Program-made: the position numbers and the translations under genes
Shown here: positions 1 through 9,157 of the stretch, one piece after another
How positions within the stretch are numbered: position 1 is the first letter of the stretch
How the letters are laid out: every line of letters begins with the position of its first letter
The notes under the pieces: generated by a model
What the model was told of the DNA's origin: nothing
Database searches by the model: none
The model's input: only the letters and a program-made list of their open reading frames with translations
IMG/VR virus record: IMGVR_UViG_3300038674_000465
Coordinates: 1 to 48,870 of that record
Direction: 5' to 3' (one strand)
Origin: a virus
Taxonomy: Duplodnaviria; Caudoviricetes
Length of the DNA: 48,870 nt

Positions 1-854
1 GAACTTCCGGTTTCAACATGATCCGTTACATCCCACGTGCTAATATTATCACTCCACGGCTTCATCCGGAGTTTGTAATTGCGCATGGCTGATGCAAGAT
101 CAGGAGTCGAAGCCGCTGTGATTGTTGTGTTGGGCTGGTTCAGGCACCACCATCTATGAATATTGGTAATGGGTCTATATGTTAATTCAGTTTTTATAGA
201 TGAACCAACTTCAAGAGAACCATAATCTCGACAAAATTCTGAAACATCTAATATTGATGAATAATTAATAGTATTTGACTGATTCAAAAATGTATATGTT
301 GTCCCGTTTGATATGAATGTATTTAACAGAAGTTCCTTATCTGTTGGTGCAGTAGAATTAACAACCAGAAGAAATGATGGAATCCTTTCATAAGCATAAG
401 AACCAGATTTTCTAGCTCTTGCTCTTGTATTACCATTAATTTCGTTATACACCATTTTCACATAGTTGACAGTAGAACCATCATCAACAGGACTAAATTC
501 TGAACAATATGCACTACTTCCATTAATATTGGTCTGAGCACCCCATCCTATACGAATAGACCCAACAGTTTTTGTTGTTAAAGATGGTGGAAGAGAAGCA
601 AAATCATCAGGAACTGATACTTCATATTCGGCATAACCATAACCAGCTGTAATATTAAGACTAAGACCAGATCCTTGTGTGACTACTCCACCTGATATTA
701 AAATTGGAATCTGACCATAAGTATCTCTAAGAATCTGACCAACAAGAGATACCTGATACCAGAAATCCCGTATTAAATCTTGAGAATAATAGCGATCTCC
801 AAGATTAAGAGGAAGACCACCACTGTATTCAACATTTAAATGCTTATCTACCAT
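1..854 (-). CDS. tail fibre / receptor-binding protein, N-terminal part (runs off window start)
   Basis: Not in ORF track. ATG at 852-854 with AAGGAG RBS at 861-866. Starts MVDKHLNVEYSGGLPLNLGDRYYSQDLIRDFWY; the same frame is open at the window start (...PWSDNISTWDVTDHVETGS). Directly follows the baseplate genes. Confidence 0.75.
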   Translation of the reverse strand, partial: MVDKHLNVEYSGGLPLNLGDRYYSQDLIRDFWYQVSLVGQILRDTYGQIPILISGGVVTQGSGLSLNITAGYGYAEYEVSVPDDFASLPPSLTTKTVGSIRIGWGAQTNINGSSAYCSEFSPVDDGSTVNYVKMVYNEINGNTRARARKSGSYAYERIPSFLLVVNSTAPTDKELLLNTFISNGTTYTFLNQSNTINYSSILDVSEFCRDYGSLEVGSSIKTELTYRPITNIHRWWCLNQPNTTITAASTPDLASAMRNYKLRMKPWSDNISTWDVTDHVETGS

Positions 855-864
855 AAAATTCTCC

Positions 865-1530
865 TTAGCCTATAATTCCATCAGTATAAACTACAAAAGA
901 ATCATCAGTATCTATGTATCCTAAATAGATTCTCATGTAGGCTGGTACTATATCATCTTTTATCTGATTTACTATATTATTAATTTGATCAGATGTAAGT
1001 GTACTCCCTTTAATACCATCATGACAATTAATATAAATATTACCAGAAATTTCTATCTCTGTTCCTTCACCGATTAAATTCATCCCATAAGGATCATCAA
1101 CACCACTTTCCAATATTGCCCATGGTGAATCAAGTTCTATTATACCATCTCCACCTAATATCCAATCATCAGAGGCAGATGCAACAAACATAACAGCCGA
1201 ATATCCTGTTATTGCGTCTATGATGATTTTGGCATGATCGATCCAAGAACCTCTAATCTTATGAGATTGAATAGCTTTGTATATCTTTTGTCTTTTTATT
1301 CTATCGGTGTCGATTTTTTGAAGACCGGCATTAAGCATATATCCCAATTCATTTAGGTATTTAGATGGACATCGCTCTACATTCTTTAACCATAATAAAT
1401 CAAAAGTTTCCTGCTCAAGAGCAGAAAATATATCATCAATTTTTCCAGCAAGAGCTGTAATTGCGTCTGTTGGATTATCTTGATATCCTTGAGGGAAAAA
1501 ATTAATAGATGGAATTGGAAGCATACTCAT
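865..1530 (-). CDS. baseplate wedge / tail protein (P2 gpI-like)
   Basis: CPSKYLNELGYML...KRQKIYKAIQSHKIRGS pattern typical of gpI-like proteins; lies between the J-like gene and the fibre. Confidence 0.7.
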   Translation of the reverse strand: MSMLPIPSINFFPQGYQDNPTDAITALAGKIDDIFSALEQETFDLLWLKNVERCPSKYLNELGYMLNAGLQKIDTDRIKRQKIYKAIQSHKIRGSWIDHAKIIIDAITGYSAVMFVASASDDWILGGDGIIELDSPWAILESGVDDPYGMNLIGEGTEIEISGNIYINCHDGIKGSTLTSDQINNIVNQIKDDIVPAYMRIYLGYIDTDDSFVVYTDGIIG

Positions 1531-3288
1531 TTAGGATATCTCCGTAGTTGTAATAGTCCCAACTGTACTAATTTCTGTTGATCCAAACGTTATAGGAAAT
1601 GAAGACGGTACTGTAATGGTGAAATAATCCACTCCATCAACTTTTTCTAGTAGAGCATTGATATTTGATCCCTGAATAGAAACTCCAAAGTTTGGAGCAT
1701 CTACAGCATCAAGTAGAGAAGCTATTTGTACGTAATCCTCATCTGAAAAAGTATAGGACCAGATAGAATTGATCAATGCAACAGCATCTGCAATACCAGA
1801 ATCTCGATATGTGATGTAGATTTCTTCTGTTCTTTCAGAAAGAGCTAGATGAATAGCCAATTCATAAGTTGGTTTTACATCAGAATAGTTGTAGCCATCC
1901 AGTACTTTAAGTTGAGAAGTAAAATTAGTTGTCACATATGTTGCATCCACAATTCGTATATCTATACATTCAAGGATTGTCTTGTTTATGAGATAAGTCT
2001 CCAGTGCTGTCTTTACTGCACTCGATAAAACTCCACCACCATTAGGAACACAGATAACTTGACAGCTGAGCAATCCATAATAGTTCTTTACGATTTTTAC
2101 TCTTGAAATTCCACCATAATTCAAAACCAAAGATTCACCATCATCTACAGTTACAAATCTATCTCTTGTTTTCAAGAGTATAGGAGCAAGAGTCTTTGCG
2201 GAAGTGATGTCTTCTTCATCTTCACCACCAGTCATAGTGGAAACATTCGTAACACCAGTTATATTAGAATCAGATCCAGCATAGAGTGTTACTTTATTGA
2301 GAACTGAAACATTACTAATAGAGCCACCACCATAAGAATATGAAACATATATTGGATAGTTTGGTGGTATCAGTCCATATGTACCATTTCCAAATTGTAG
2401 ATAACTTGTGCCATCACTATTATACATTAACCGACAGTGCCGGTCTGTTGATTCAGAATAAATCATAGAATCTTGTATAGTCCAAGCCAATCCATTAATC
2501 GTTATTTCAACGGTATCTTCTAGAACATAGACATCTGGTAAGTTGAATTTTTGCCATTCACTTATGCCATCAGAAGTACCCACTATTATAGCAGATTCCA
2601 GTGTTGTCTGTTGGTATACTGTAACAGGGAAAGAATAGAGCACTGCTGTATGAGAGCCAGTGCCATTAGAGGTGAGATTAATAGGAGTGCCAGCAAAGGC
2701 ATTTGCCTTTGAAGTTGCAAGTTTGATAGTAGTATTTGATACTTTGATTACATAATAATCAGTATTAGCCTGTAAAGGAGCAGGAAGAGTACCGGTGGAT
2801 GAAACCCGAATCAAATCTCCTGTATAATATCCTCCATTACGGGCTATTGTGAGAAGGTCTGTTGTGTAATCGGTAATAAATCCTTCTGAAAAAGCTGAGA
2901 TTGTTTTATCTTCTCTACTTTCAAACCTGAGAGCTGAAATAGAAATATTGCCAGATGTTGTAGCAACTAAATCTTCCTTTCCTACAGTAAAAGGAAAAGT
3001 TGCAGTCCGTAGAATATAAAAAATAAGAGTTCCAGAGGAAGTCTGTTGTGGCGTTAATTGATAATCTATTAAAGCAAGAAGATCAGCCACAGCCTGTCTA
3101 GTAAATGCTGTCCTGAGATAAGATTGATTTGCAATAGCATCTTGATACATTGCTATCACATCACCCATACCAGCTATTATTCGTTTAAACCAGTCTGGTT
3201 TGTCAACCAATTCTGAATCGCTATTTATGTCGTTTAAGATTGTAAGGAATGATTTACTTGTATATTGGATTGGATTGAATGCCATCAT
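1531..3288 (-). CDS. baseplate J / gp6-like wedge protein with inserted beta domain
   Basis: YLRTA...LIDY, LQFGNGTYGLIP, GGEDEED, RFVTVDD motifs of J/gp6 wedge proteins. Confidence 0.85.
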   Translation of the reverse strand: MMAFNPIQYTSKSFLTILNDINSDSELVDKPDWFKRIIAGMGDVIAMYQDAIANQSYLRTAFTRQAVADLLALIDYQLTPQQTSSGTLIFYILRTATFPFTVGKEDLVATTSGNISISALRFESREDKTISAFSEGFITDYTTDLLTIARNGGYYTGDLIRVSSTGTLPAPLQANTDYYVIKVSNTTIKLATSKANAFAGTPINLTSNGTGSHTAVLYSFPVTVYQQTTLESAIIVGTSDGISEWQKFNLPDVYVLEDTVEITINGLAWTIQDSMIYSESTDRHCRLMYNSDGTSYLQFGNGTYGLIPPNYPIYVSYSYGGGSISNVSVLNKVTLYAGSDSNITGVTNVSTMTGGEDEEDITSAKTLAPILLKTRDRFVTVDDGESLVLNYGGISRVKIVKNYYGLLSCQVICVPNGGGVLSSAVKTALETYLINKTILECIDIRIVDATYVTTNFTSQLKVLDGYNYSDVKPTYELAIHLALSERTEEIYITYRDSGIADAVALINSIWSYTFSDEDYVQIASLLDAVDAPNFGVSIQGSNINALLEKVDGVDYFTITVPSSFPITFGSTEISTVGTITTTEIS

Positions 3289-3692
3289 ACTTTACCTACC
3301 GGAAGACTTAAATTCTGAGGAATATTCATGTTACCATACATGAAATAATAAACACTAAGATCTAGATTTCCATTGTCATCCTGATCAAAAGAAATTGACA
3401 GCTGAGATGAAGCTATTCTTCTATCTATTGTACCATTTGATCCATCAGTAACATAATAATTTCTATATGCGATGGCAATGGTAATATCATATCTAAGACC
3501 TATTTGTAGACTGAGAGCATTTGGATAATTCTGATAATCAGAAACGCCAGCACCCTCTGATCTGTTATAAAACATTTTTCTTTTAGGTTGAAGAAGCATC
3601 AACATCAGATCATGAGCAGTCTCATCTTCAATTGGTGCTTTACCATAAAAGAAGAAGTAATCACCATTTACTATTTCATTGATATCTGCCAT
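3285..3692 (-). CDS. gp25/GpW-like sheath initiator
   Basis: Size, position between spike and J, LMLLQPKRKMFYNRSEGAGV resembling the gp25 pattern. Confidence 0.6.
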   Translation of the reverse strand: MADINEIVNGDYFFFYGKAPIEDETAHDLMLMLLQPKRKMFYNRSEGAGVSDYQNYPNALSLQIGLRYDITIAIAYRNYYVTDGSNGTIDRRIASSQLSISFDQDDNGNLDLSVYYFMYGNMNIPQNLSLPVGKV

Positions 3693-4318
3693 TATTTACC
3701 TTTTATCTGTGTTGATAAAATCGTATCTGCAGGAACTTGTCCTAATTGATTTGGTACTGCTGAAACCAAAGTACCTGAAACAGGATCTACTACATTATGT
3801 GTATGAAGATTAAAAATATTGTTTACAAGGTCCGTTAGGTAAGTCTTTAACTGAGTCCCTAAGACAAACGGTTCTGTTCCTTGATTTATAATCAGTTTTT
3901 CCATCATAATGTCCAACTGTTTGTCTGTATCATTATATTTAATGTAGTTACCGTTATTTGTCTGAGCTTCAAATAGAACACTGTTGTTAGGATCACCATC
4001 ATAATTAACTACACCCATGTTTTCCATTTCAATACTCATTCCTAAATAAACTGCCCTATTAGGATTTGCATTAATGAAATAGACTTCAACATAAGTACCA
4101 ATAGCAGGAATTATCATAGATTGTTTATCTCTTGGATAAGCCCATAGACCTTGATCATTAGTCAGAAGTCCTAATTCGGGAATGAGTACTTGAATTCTTC
4201 CTTTATTGACTTCATCCTGATTATCAATAACCTGACCTACATAATGCTTATAGAAGATGGTTTGTTTCCTTACCACTTCTTGTATCATACCCACTATATC
4301 ATGTCTATCATCATTCAT
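3692..4318 (-). CDS. baseplate central spike (gpV/gp5-like)
   Basis: GQVIDNQD...GRIQV...IPAIGTYVEVYF OB-fold; C-terminal HTH (NLHTHN) metal-binding tip motif. Confidence 0.85.
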   Translation of the reverse strand: MNDDRHDIVGMIQEVVRKQTIFYKHYVGQVIDNQDEVNKGRIQVLIPELGLLTNDQGLWAYPRDKQSMIIPAIGTYVEVYFINANPNRAVYLGMSIEMENMGVVNYDGDPNNSVLFEAQTNNGNYIKYNDTDKQLDIMMEKLIINQGTEPFVLGTQLKTYLTDLVNNIFNLHTHNVVDPVSGTLVSAVPNQLGQVPADTILSTQIKGK

Positions 4319-5592
4319 TAGTAAACGAACGACCCTCCACTAGCTGTAAATCCATCAACAACTTCGACATCACATTCATATCCGCTCCTGCTGATGGTAT
4401 GTGTTACTTTGCGTATCCAATAAGATAATGATGTATTCTGAAACATCGGTGGAAAATTCTTTGTTGAATCCTTTACAGATTCAAATATCACTTTACATGG
4501 TGGACTTATCATAGGATTACCAAGGGTTTTAAGATTGATAGTGTACCCAAGTCCCTGAGGAGCTGTCGTCTGAACCACCGGCACAAAATAACCTTTGTTT
4601 GTTTTTGAATCATAAATAAGATCTTCAAATTTATTAGTTGATAACCAGTCTGATAAAAGGGCAATTTGATCCTTGGTGTTACCAGCTTTCATTTCTCTTG
4701 CCATCTTATCTGAATCAAGCTTATAAACAACGGTTCTTTCAGTTTCTGCATGATATCTCATAATCTGGACCTGTCCTCCGATCATTGATATCTGTACATT
4801 GTCTCCACCACCTCCACCATTTTGTTGCCAATTAAAATTTCTTACCATAGTGGTATTTACACCAACTTTATTCATATAGTTGAATGTCATAGAAGATCCA
4901 GCTAGTGATTGAGTTCTAATAAGACTATAAGCAAGATATTCAGAAGAACTGGTTGTAGCAAACATAGCGATTTTTTCACCCTTGGCATTATAGGAAAGAT
5001 CAAATAATGCTCCCCATTCAAAGCTCATCCTAGCCAAAAATTTCCAATCACTTTCATATTGAAGAACATATGTATCTGCTGTGAGCTTTGTAGATCCTTT
5101 AGGGAAATTAATGAAACAATGGGCCGGATCAATCGATACACCGAAGTTTGTTAAAACAGTACGTATAACGTCTGCATAAGTAGGTCCTTTGTGGACCAGC
5201 GTTTTTATTCCAGCAACATATTCTTTCCCGATGAAGTTGCAATTATAGATTTTTTCGCCGCTTTCACTTCCAGAGCCTGATGGTGATTGAATAATGGCTT
5301 GAATACCGGTCCTTTTGTATCCACCCTTGAATTGATCAACAGATTCATTCACATCATAAAAGATATAAGGACGAGTATAACCCCATTCTATATTTAAGGT
5401 CTTGCCCATGCGAAGAATGTCATGATATTTATATATCGGATCATAGAAAGAAACCGACCCAGTAAGCATCTTACCAACTTCTTCAGTAATAGAAAAAGAT
5501 ATGATAGATTTTGTTGCTTGTGTAAAGGTCTGACCTTGATTTGGTATCACAACCTTAAAATAACTTTTATCTCTGTTTTCTAAGCCTATCAT
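4318..5592 (-). CDS. baseplate hub (gp27 / late control D-like)
   Basis: IEWGY, QYESDWKFLARM, GNPMI, YWIRKVTHTISRSGY motifs; immediately upstream of the spike. Confidence 0.75.
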   Translation of the reverse strand: MIGLENRDKSYFKVVIPNQGQTFTQATKSIISFSITEEVGKMLTGSVSFYDPIYKYHDILRMGKTLNIEWGYTRPYIFYDVNESVDQFKGGYKRTGIQAIIQSPSGSGSESGEKIYNCNFIGKEYVAGIKTLVHKGPTYADVIRTVLTNFGVSIDPAHCFINFPKGSTKLTADTYVLQYESDWKFLARMSFEWGALFDLSYNAKGEKIAMFATTSSSEYLAYSLIRTQSLAGSSMTFNYMNKVGVNTTMVRNFNWQQNGGGGGDNVQISMIGGQVQIMRYHAETERTVVYKLDSDKMAREMKAGNTKDQIALLSDWLSTNKFEDLIYDSKTNKGYFVPVVQTTAPQGLGYTINLKTLGNPMISPPCKVIFESVKDSTKNFPPMFQNTSLSYWIRKVTHTISRSGYECDVEVVDGFTASGGSFVY

Positions 5593-5867
5593 ACCATGTC
5601 CGGAATATCAATTGATCTGAGAGATCCTAAGTTCCAATCTGCTTCAAAGAGTCTGGTGATATTAAAATCAACAATTTTATAAGATTCTGATTCAGCACTA
5701 TCACCCAGTAAATCCTTCCTAGTGATGATTTCATCTATCATATCATTAGCTTTCACAGAATAAGAAAGCCTTTTTATATAGGCTGGATATTCTCTGAAGT
5801 CTTTAATGAGAACTGAATCACCATTTAATCTAGTGAAGGATACATTATTAATATTGACATATCTCAT
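5589..5867 (-). CDS. small baseplate protein (LysM/gp53/tail X-like)
   Basis: YSVKANDMIDEI...IDIP pattern; synteny. Confidence 0.5.
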   Translation of the reverse strand: MRYVNINNVSFTRLNGDSVLIKDFREYPAYIKRLSYSVKANDMIDEIITRKDLLGDSAESESYKIVDFNITRLFEADWNLGSLRSIDIPDMV

Positions 5868-6460
5868 TAATATGGTCTCTCTTTTTTATTTGAAGTAACA
5901 ACATCATATACTGATAACATCATACCAGACACTGAGGCCACTTTTCTGAAAATCTCTTCTGCTGTATAAAGGATGTTACCCTCATCAAGGACAAGCTCTA
6001 TATCAATTTCTGAATATTGTGGCATTCCCATTTCATTAACCCAGCCAGCTTTATGAGAAGCATCACATTTGGTAACAAAATAGACTAATGGAACTGATCC
6101 AACTCCATAGTAAAAGAGGACTTGAGGATTTGGAACAAACTGACCAGATAAAATATGAAACAATCCAGTTCCTTGGTTTCTTAGATTTTCAAACTGTTTA
6201 AGCATGAGCACATTACCAACTGTGTTATTCCTCTTGATTAAAGGAATAGAAAAAGAAATTTTACGATTTCCACCACCTCCATAATTCATGGGCTGATAAT
6301 TAAGTCCGGGAATTGGTGTTTCAGCAAACACAATCCCTTTAGTATCAGATATATCAGATGGTGTAAATCTACTCATGATCAATTGTTTGTTTGTTATATC
6401 AAACAGAAACCATGGTACATTAAACTTAAATTTTGGTAGTGATAAGTTTTGAGCCATCAC
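5867..6460 (-). CDS. tail tube initiator-like protein
   Basis: FTPSDISDTK...IPGL...YGGGGNRKISF pattern; follows the tape measure. Confidence 0.6.
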   Translation of the reverse strand: MMAQNLSLPKFKFNVPWFLFDITNKQLIMSRFTPSDISDTKGIVFAETPIPGLNYQPMNYGGGGNRKISFSIPLIKRNNTVGNVLMLKQFENLRNQGTGLFHILSGQFVPNPQVLFYYGVGSVPLVYFVTKCDASHKAGWVNEMGMPQYSEIDIELVLDEGNILYTAEEIFRKVASVSGMMLSVYDVVTSNKKERPY

Positions 6461-7641
6461 CCACCTCTCTTCTGTTGAGCTTTCTTCAATGCGTCTGTTA
6501 CTCCTCTATCAACTGCCTTTGAAACGTCATGCGGATTTACATTTGGTCCAACAGTAATAGGAGCATTTATATTTATCTTTGAATTATCTATGTTGACATT
6601 TTTGTTATTCTGATTAGTCTGTATATTTGTACTAGGTGTATTACCTGTAACAGCACCAACCATTCTTTTGCCTGCGGATTTTGCTGATTCCCACCTACGT
6701 TCACCCCTTTTATCAAGTTCCTTTTCCAGTTCTCCCTTCTGTTTTTTCATTTCAGCCCAAGACATATCACCTTTTAAGAAAGACACTGTTAATTTCAGTT
6801 CTTTGATACCTGTAATAAGAGTATCCAAAGTGTGAATAACTCCTTCAAGAGCGATGCGAACTGTACTACCTAGAATAGTACCTAACGCGCTAAAAAATCC
6901 ATTTAAGTTAGTACCAATAAGATCATCAATCAATCCTTTCATTTCTCTGAATAAGCCCATAACATCCTCTATTATCGGCGTTACTTCTCCGAATCCTGTT
7001 TTAAAATTATCCCATAATATCTTTGCATATTCAGCTATCTTTAGAAAGAGATCCACTATAGTATCAAAAATAGGAGCTAATGCACTTTCCATAAAGAGAA
7101 CAATGGCTGTGATTTTGAATACAATCAGATTTAATATCTGTTCTATCGTGGCTTTAGTCTGACCAAAGATTCTCTTAAGCCCATCTACCAGTCTACCAAT
7201 AGCTCTTGATGCTAGATCAAATACAGATTTAACTATTGTTACTATAGCCCTGAAAACATTAGCTATTACTTGACCCAGCCTGACAAACATAATGCGGTGA
7301 TCTCTTACCCAATTCAAAATCTTTTGCAATACTGGAATAAGTTCTTGCCTTAGAGGCCATAAGAGATTACGTGATATGATATCACCAGCAATACTGAAAG
7401 TCTTTCCTATTTCAGGGATGTTGGCTTTAATAGAAGACCATGCTCTTTTTGCTACTGACATGATTATATTAGCCATGATCATCCCTTTAGCAACCATAAA
7501 GGATGATACTTTGTTTATTCCATCTTCTGATTTCTTGGTTGTTTTCTGTGAGGTTTTTTCAAAAGTCAGCATGGAAGATATGACTTTGTTAATTCCTGAA
7601 ATAAAGCCTAATGGATTAAAGGTGAGTGCGACATCTTCCAT
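6457..7641 (-). CDS. tape measure protein (short)
   Basis: Long amphipathic helical protein after the tail chaperones and before the baseplate genes. Confidence 0.75.
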   Translation of the reverse strand: MEDVALTFNPLGFISGINKVISSMLTFEKTSQKTTKKSEDGINKVSSFMVAKGMIMANIIMSVAKRAWSSIKANIPEIGKTFSIAGDIISRNLLWPLRQELIPVLQKILNWVRDHRIMFVRLGQVIANVFRAIVTIVKSVFDLASRAIGRLVDGLKRIFGQTKATIEQILNLIVFKITAIVLFMESALAPIFDTIVDLFLKIAEYAKILWDNFKTGFGEVTPIIEDVMGLFREMKGLIDDLIGTNLNGFFSALGTILGSTVRIALEGVIHTLDTLITGIKELKLTVSFLKGDMSWAEMKKQKGELEKELDKRGERRWESAKSAGKRMVGAVTGNTPSTNIQTNQNNKNVNIDNSKININAPITVGPNVNPHDVSKAVDRGVTDALKKAQQKRGG

Positions 7642-7901
7642 TATTCATCCTCCTTGCTTTCTTCCGCTTCTATTTGTTTTAATAACAGATTTGTTCTTTC
7701 AATTAGCAAATTAAAGTCATCAAAAGGAAGATTCATTAATTCGGTCAATGTGAATCCGCCTTCTGTGGCTTTCATGAGTCTAAGACATTCATCATATAAC
7801 AGACTAAGTGAAACATCTATATACTCAAAAGATTGTATTAGCCATATTAAGGGTTGCTCTGCCTGACAGTTTAAACTGACTGCAGAGCGGAATCGAAAAA
7901 A
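7641..7901 (-). CDS. tail assembly chaperone GT-like extension, reached by -1 frameshift
   Basis: Not in ORF track. Frame open 7904 to TAA at 7641-7643 (FFRFRSAVSLNCQAEQPLIWLIQSFEYIDVSLSLLYDECLRLMKATEGGFTLTELMNLPFDDFNLLIE...). It is the -1 frame of the upstream chaperone, with slippery T TTT TTC at 7895-7901. Confidence 0.75.
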   Translation of the reverse strand, partial: FFRFRSAVSLNCQAEQPLIWLIQSFEYIDVSLSLLYDECLRLMKATEGGFTLTELMNLPFDDFNLLIERTNLLLKQIEAEESKEDE

Positions 7902-8710
7902 TTGCTAGTATTTATTATAGCGTCCCACTCCTTTCCACATTTAGGGCAAATCTTTCTGACATTAGGAATAACACCATAGCTGTTTATTTCATTTACTACA
8001 GGTTCAATGTCTTTTTTTACGTCTTTTATTCCTTCAAAAAACATCATGCCTACTGTACTTTTCCAACTTGATTTTACTGGTTCACCATTTACATGGGTAA
8101 TGGCTTGAACAAACATAGCAAATTGAAGCCTAATCAAATCTTGAGTTCCATACCGTTGGAAGGCATTAATACCATCTTCTATAGTTGGAAATCTCATAGT
8201 GAAGCTTGTAATCTGTTCTATTACTTCACCTGTAGCAGTATTTTTGATTGATACCGGCACGGCCATTTGATGTTCTATAATCCCATTACCTTCATAATAA
8301 CGAATCTCTAACTGACTGATAAAATCTCTTGTATCAAGTTTAAGACCATCAATGTCTTTAAGTTCTGCAATTACCGGATTGTTACACCTTGGGCAAGGAT
8401 AAACACCTTCAACCCCATCATCTTCAGCATAGTAAAGTTGAATGATAGCTAAAGCTATTTGTTCCGCTGTCTTATTCGGCATTTTACTAACAATAGACTT
8501 AATTGCTATTTTGTCAGTTATAATCTGACCTGCTGATGTAGTAATAGATTCAATACAGCCTATACAAAAGACTCTATTAATAGAGAAAAAGTCTCCAGAA
8601 TCGGAGACCTTTCTCGTGTCAGCTAAGACAGCCCCCGTGGGCTTAATTATTTCTGCATGAGTATAAATTGTGTCATTGAAAAAAACTGGTACTGCAAATC
8701 TTATTCCCAT
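7871..8710 (-). CDS. tail assembly chaperone (two CxxC motifs)
   Basis: Between tube and tape measure; CPRC and CPKC motifs; ends ...SNFF at the slippery site. Confidence 0.7.
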   Translation of the reverse strand: MGIRFAVPVFFNDTIYTHAEIIKPTGAVLADTRKVSDSGDFFSINRVFCIGCIESITTSAGQIITDKIAIKSIVSKMPNKTAEQIALAIIQLYYAEDDGVEGVYPCPRCNNPVIAELKDIDGLKLDTRDFISQLEIRYYEGNGIIEHQMAVPVSIKNTATGEVIEQITSFTMRFPTIEDGINAFQRYGTQDLIRLQFAMFVQAITHVNGEPVKSSWKSTVGMMFFEGIKDVKKDIEPVVNEINSYGVIPNVRKICPKCGKEWDAIINTSNFFDSALQSV

Positions 8711-8714
8711 AATT

Positions 8715-9134
8715 TTACTCCGCTGATATTGGTATTATGTCCCAAGGAAGAACAGTAACAACAATATTAGCATACGTGGGATTGCTTGCATCGTAAGGTG
8801 GATATACGATTTTCAAGCATTCACACTGTGGGATCAGCTTTCTTGCATATTCTGTTCCTGAGGCATCTGTATTTATGATAGTTCCATCTTTAACTTCATT
8901 ATTGAAATACCAATCTTCAAAGAACTTCAGAGTATCGGTATTTCTATCTGTTTTATACTTCAATTCTATAGCAGGAATCTTAGTTATATCAGACTGAATT
9001 TGTCTAATCTTTTTAAATTCCGGTACTTCGATAGTGCTCTTTTCAAGAGAGATTTCATTAAGAGAAACTAAACCAGCTTTCTCAATTCCATCCCACATGA
9101 TCTTGGCTTTAGAAGCCATTGCTTGTTTTTGCAT
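8715..9134 (-). CDS. tail tube protein
   Basis: 139 aa directly after the sheath; FFEDWY...KDGTI pattern of gp19-like tubes. Confidence 0.75.
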   Translation of the reverse strand: MQKQAMASKAKIMWDGIEKAGLVSLNEISLEKSTIEVPEFKKIRQIQSDITKIPAIELKYKTDRNTDTLKFFEDWYFNNEVKDGTIINTDASGTEYARKLIPQCECLKIVYPPYDASNPTYANIVVTVLPWDIIPISAE

Positions 9135-9157
9135 TATAGTTCTCCTTTATTCTCCTA

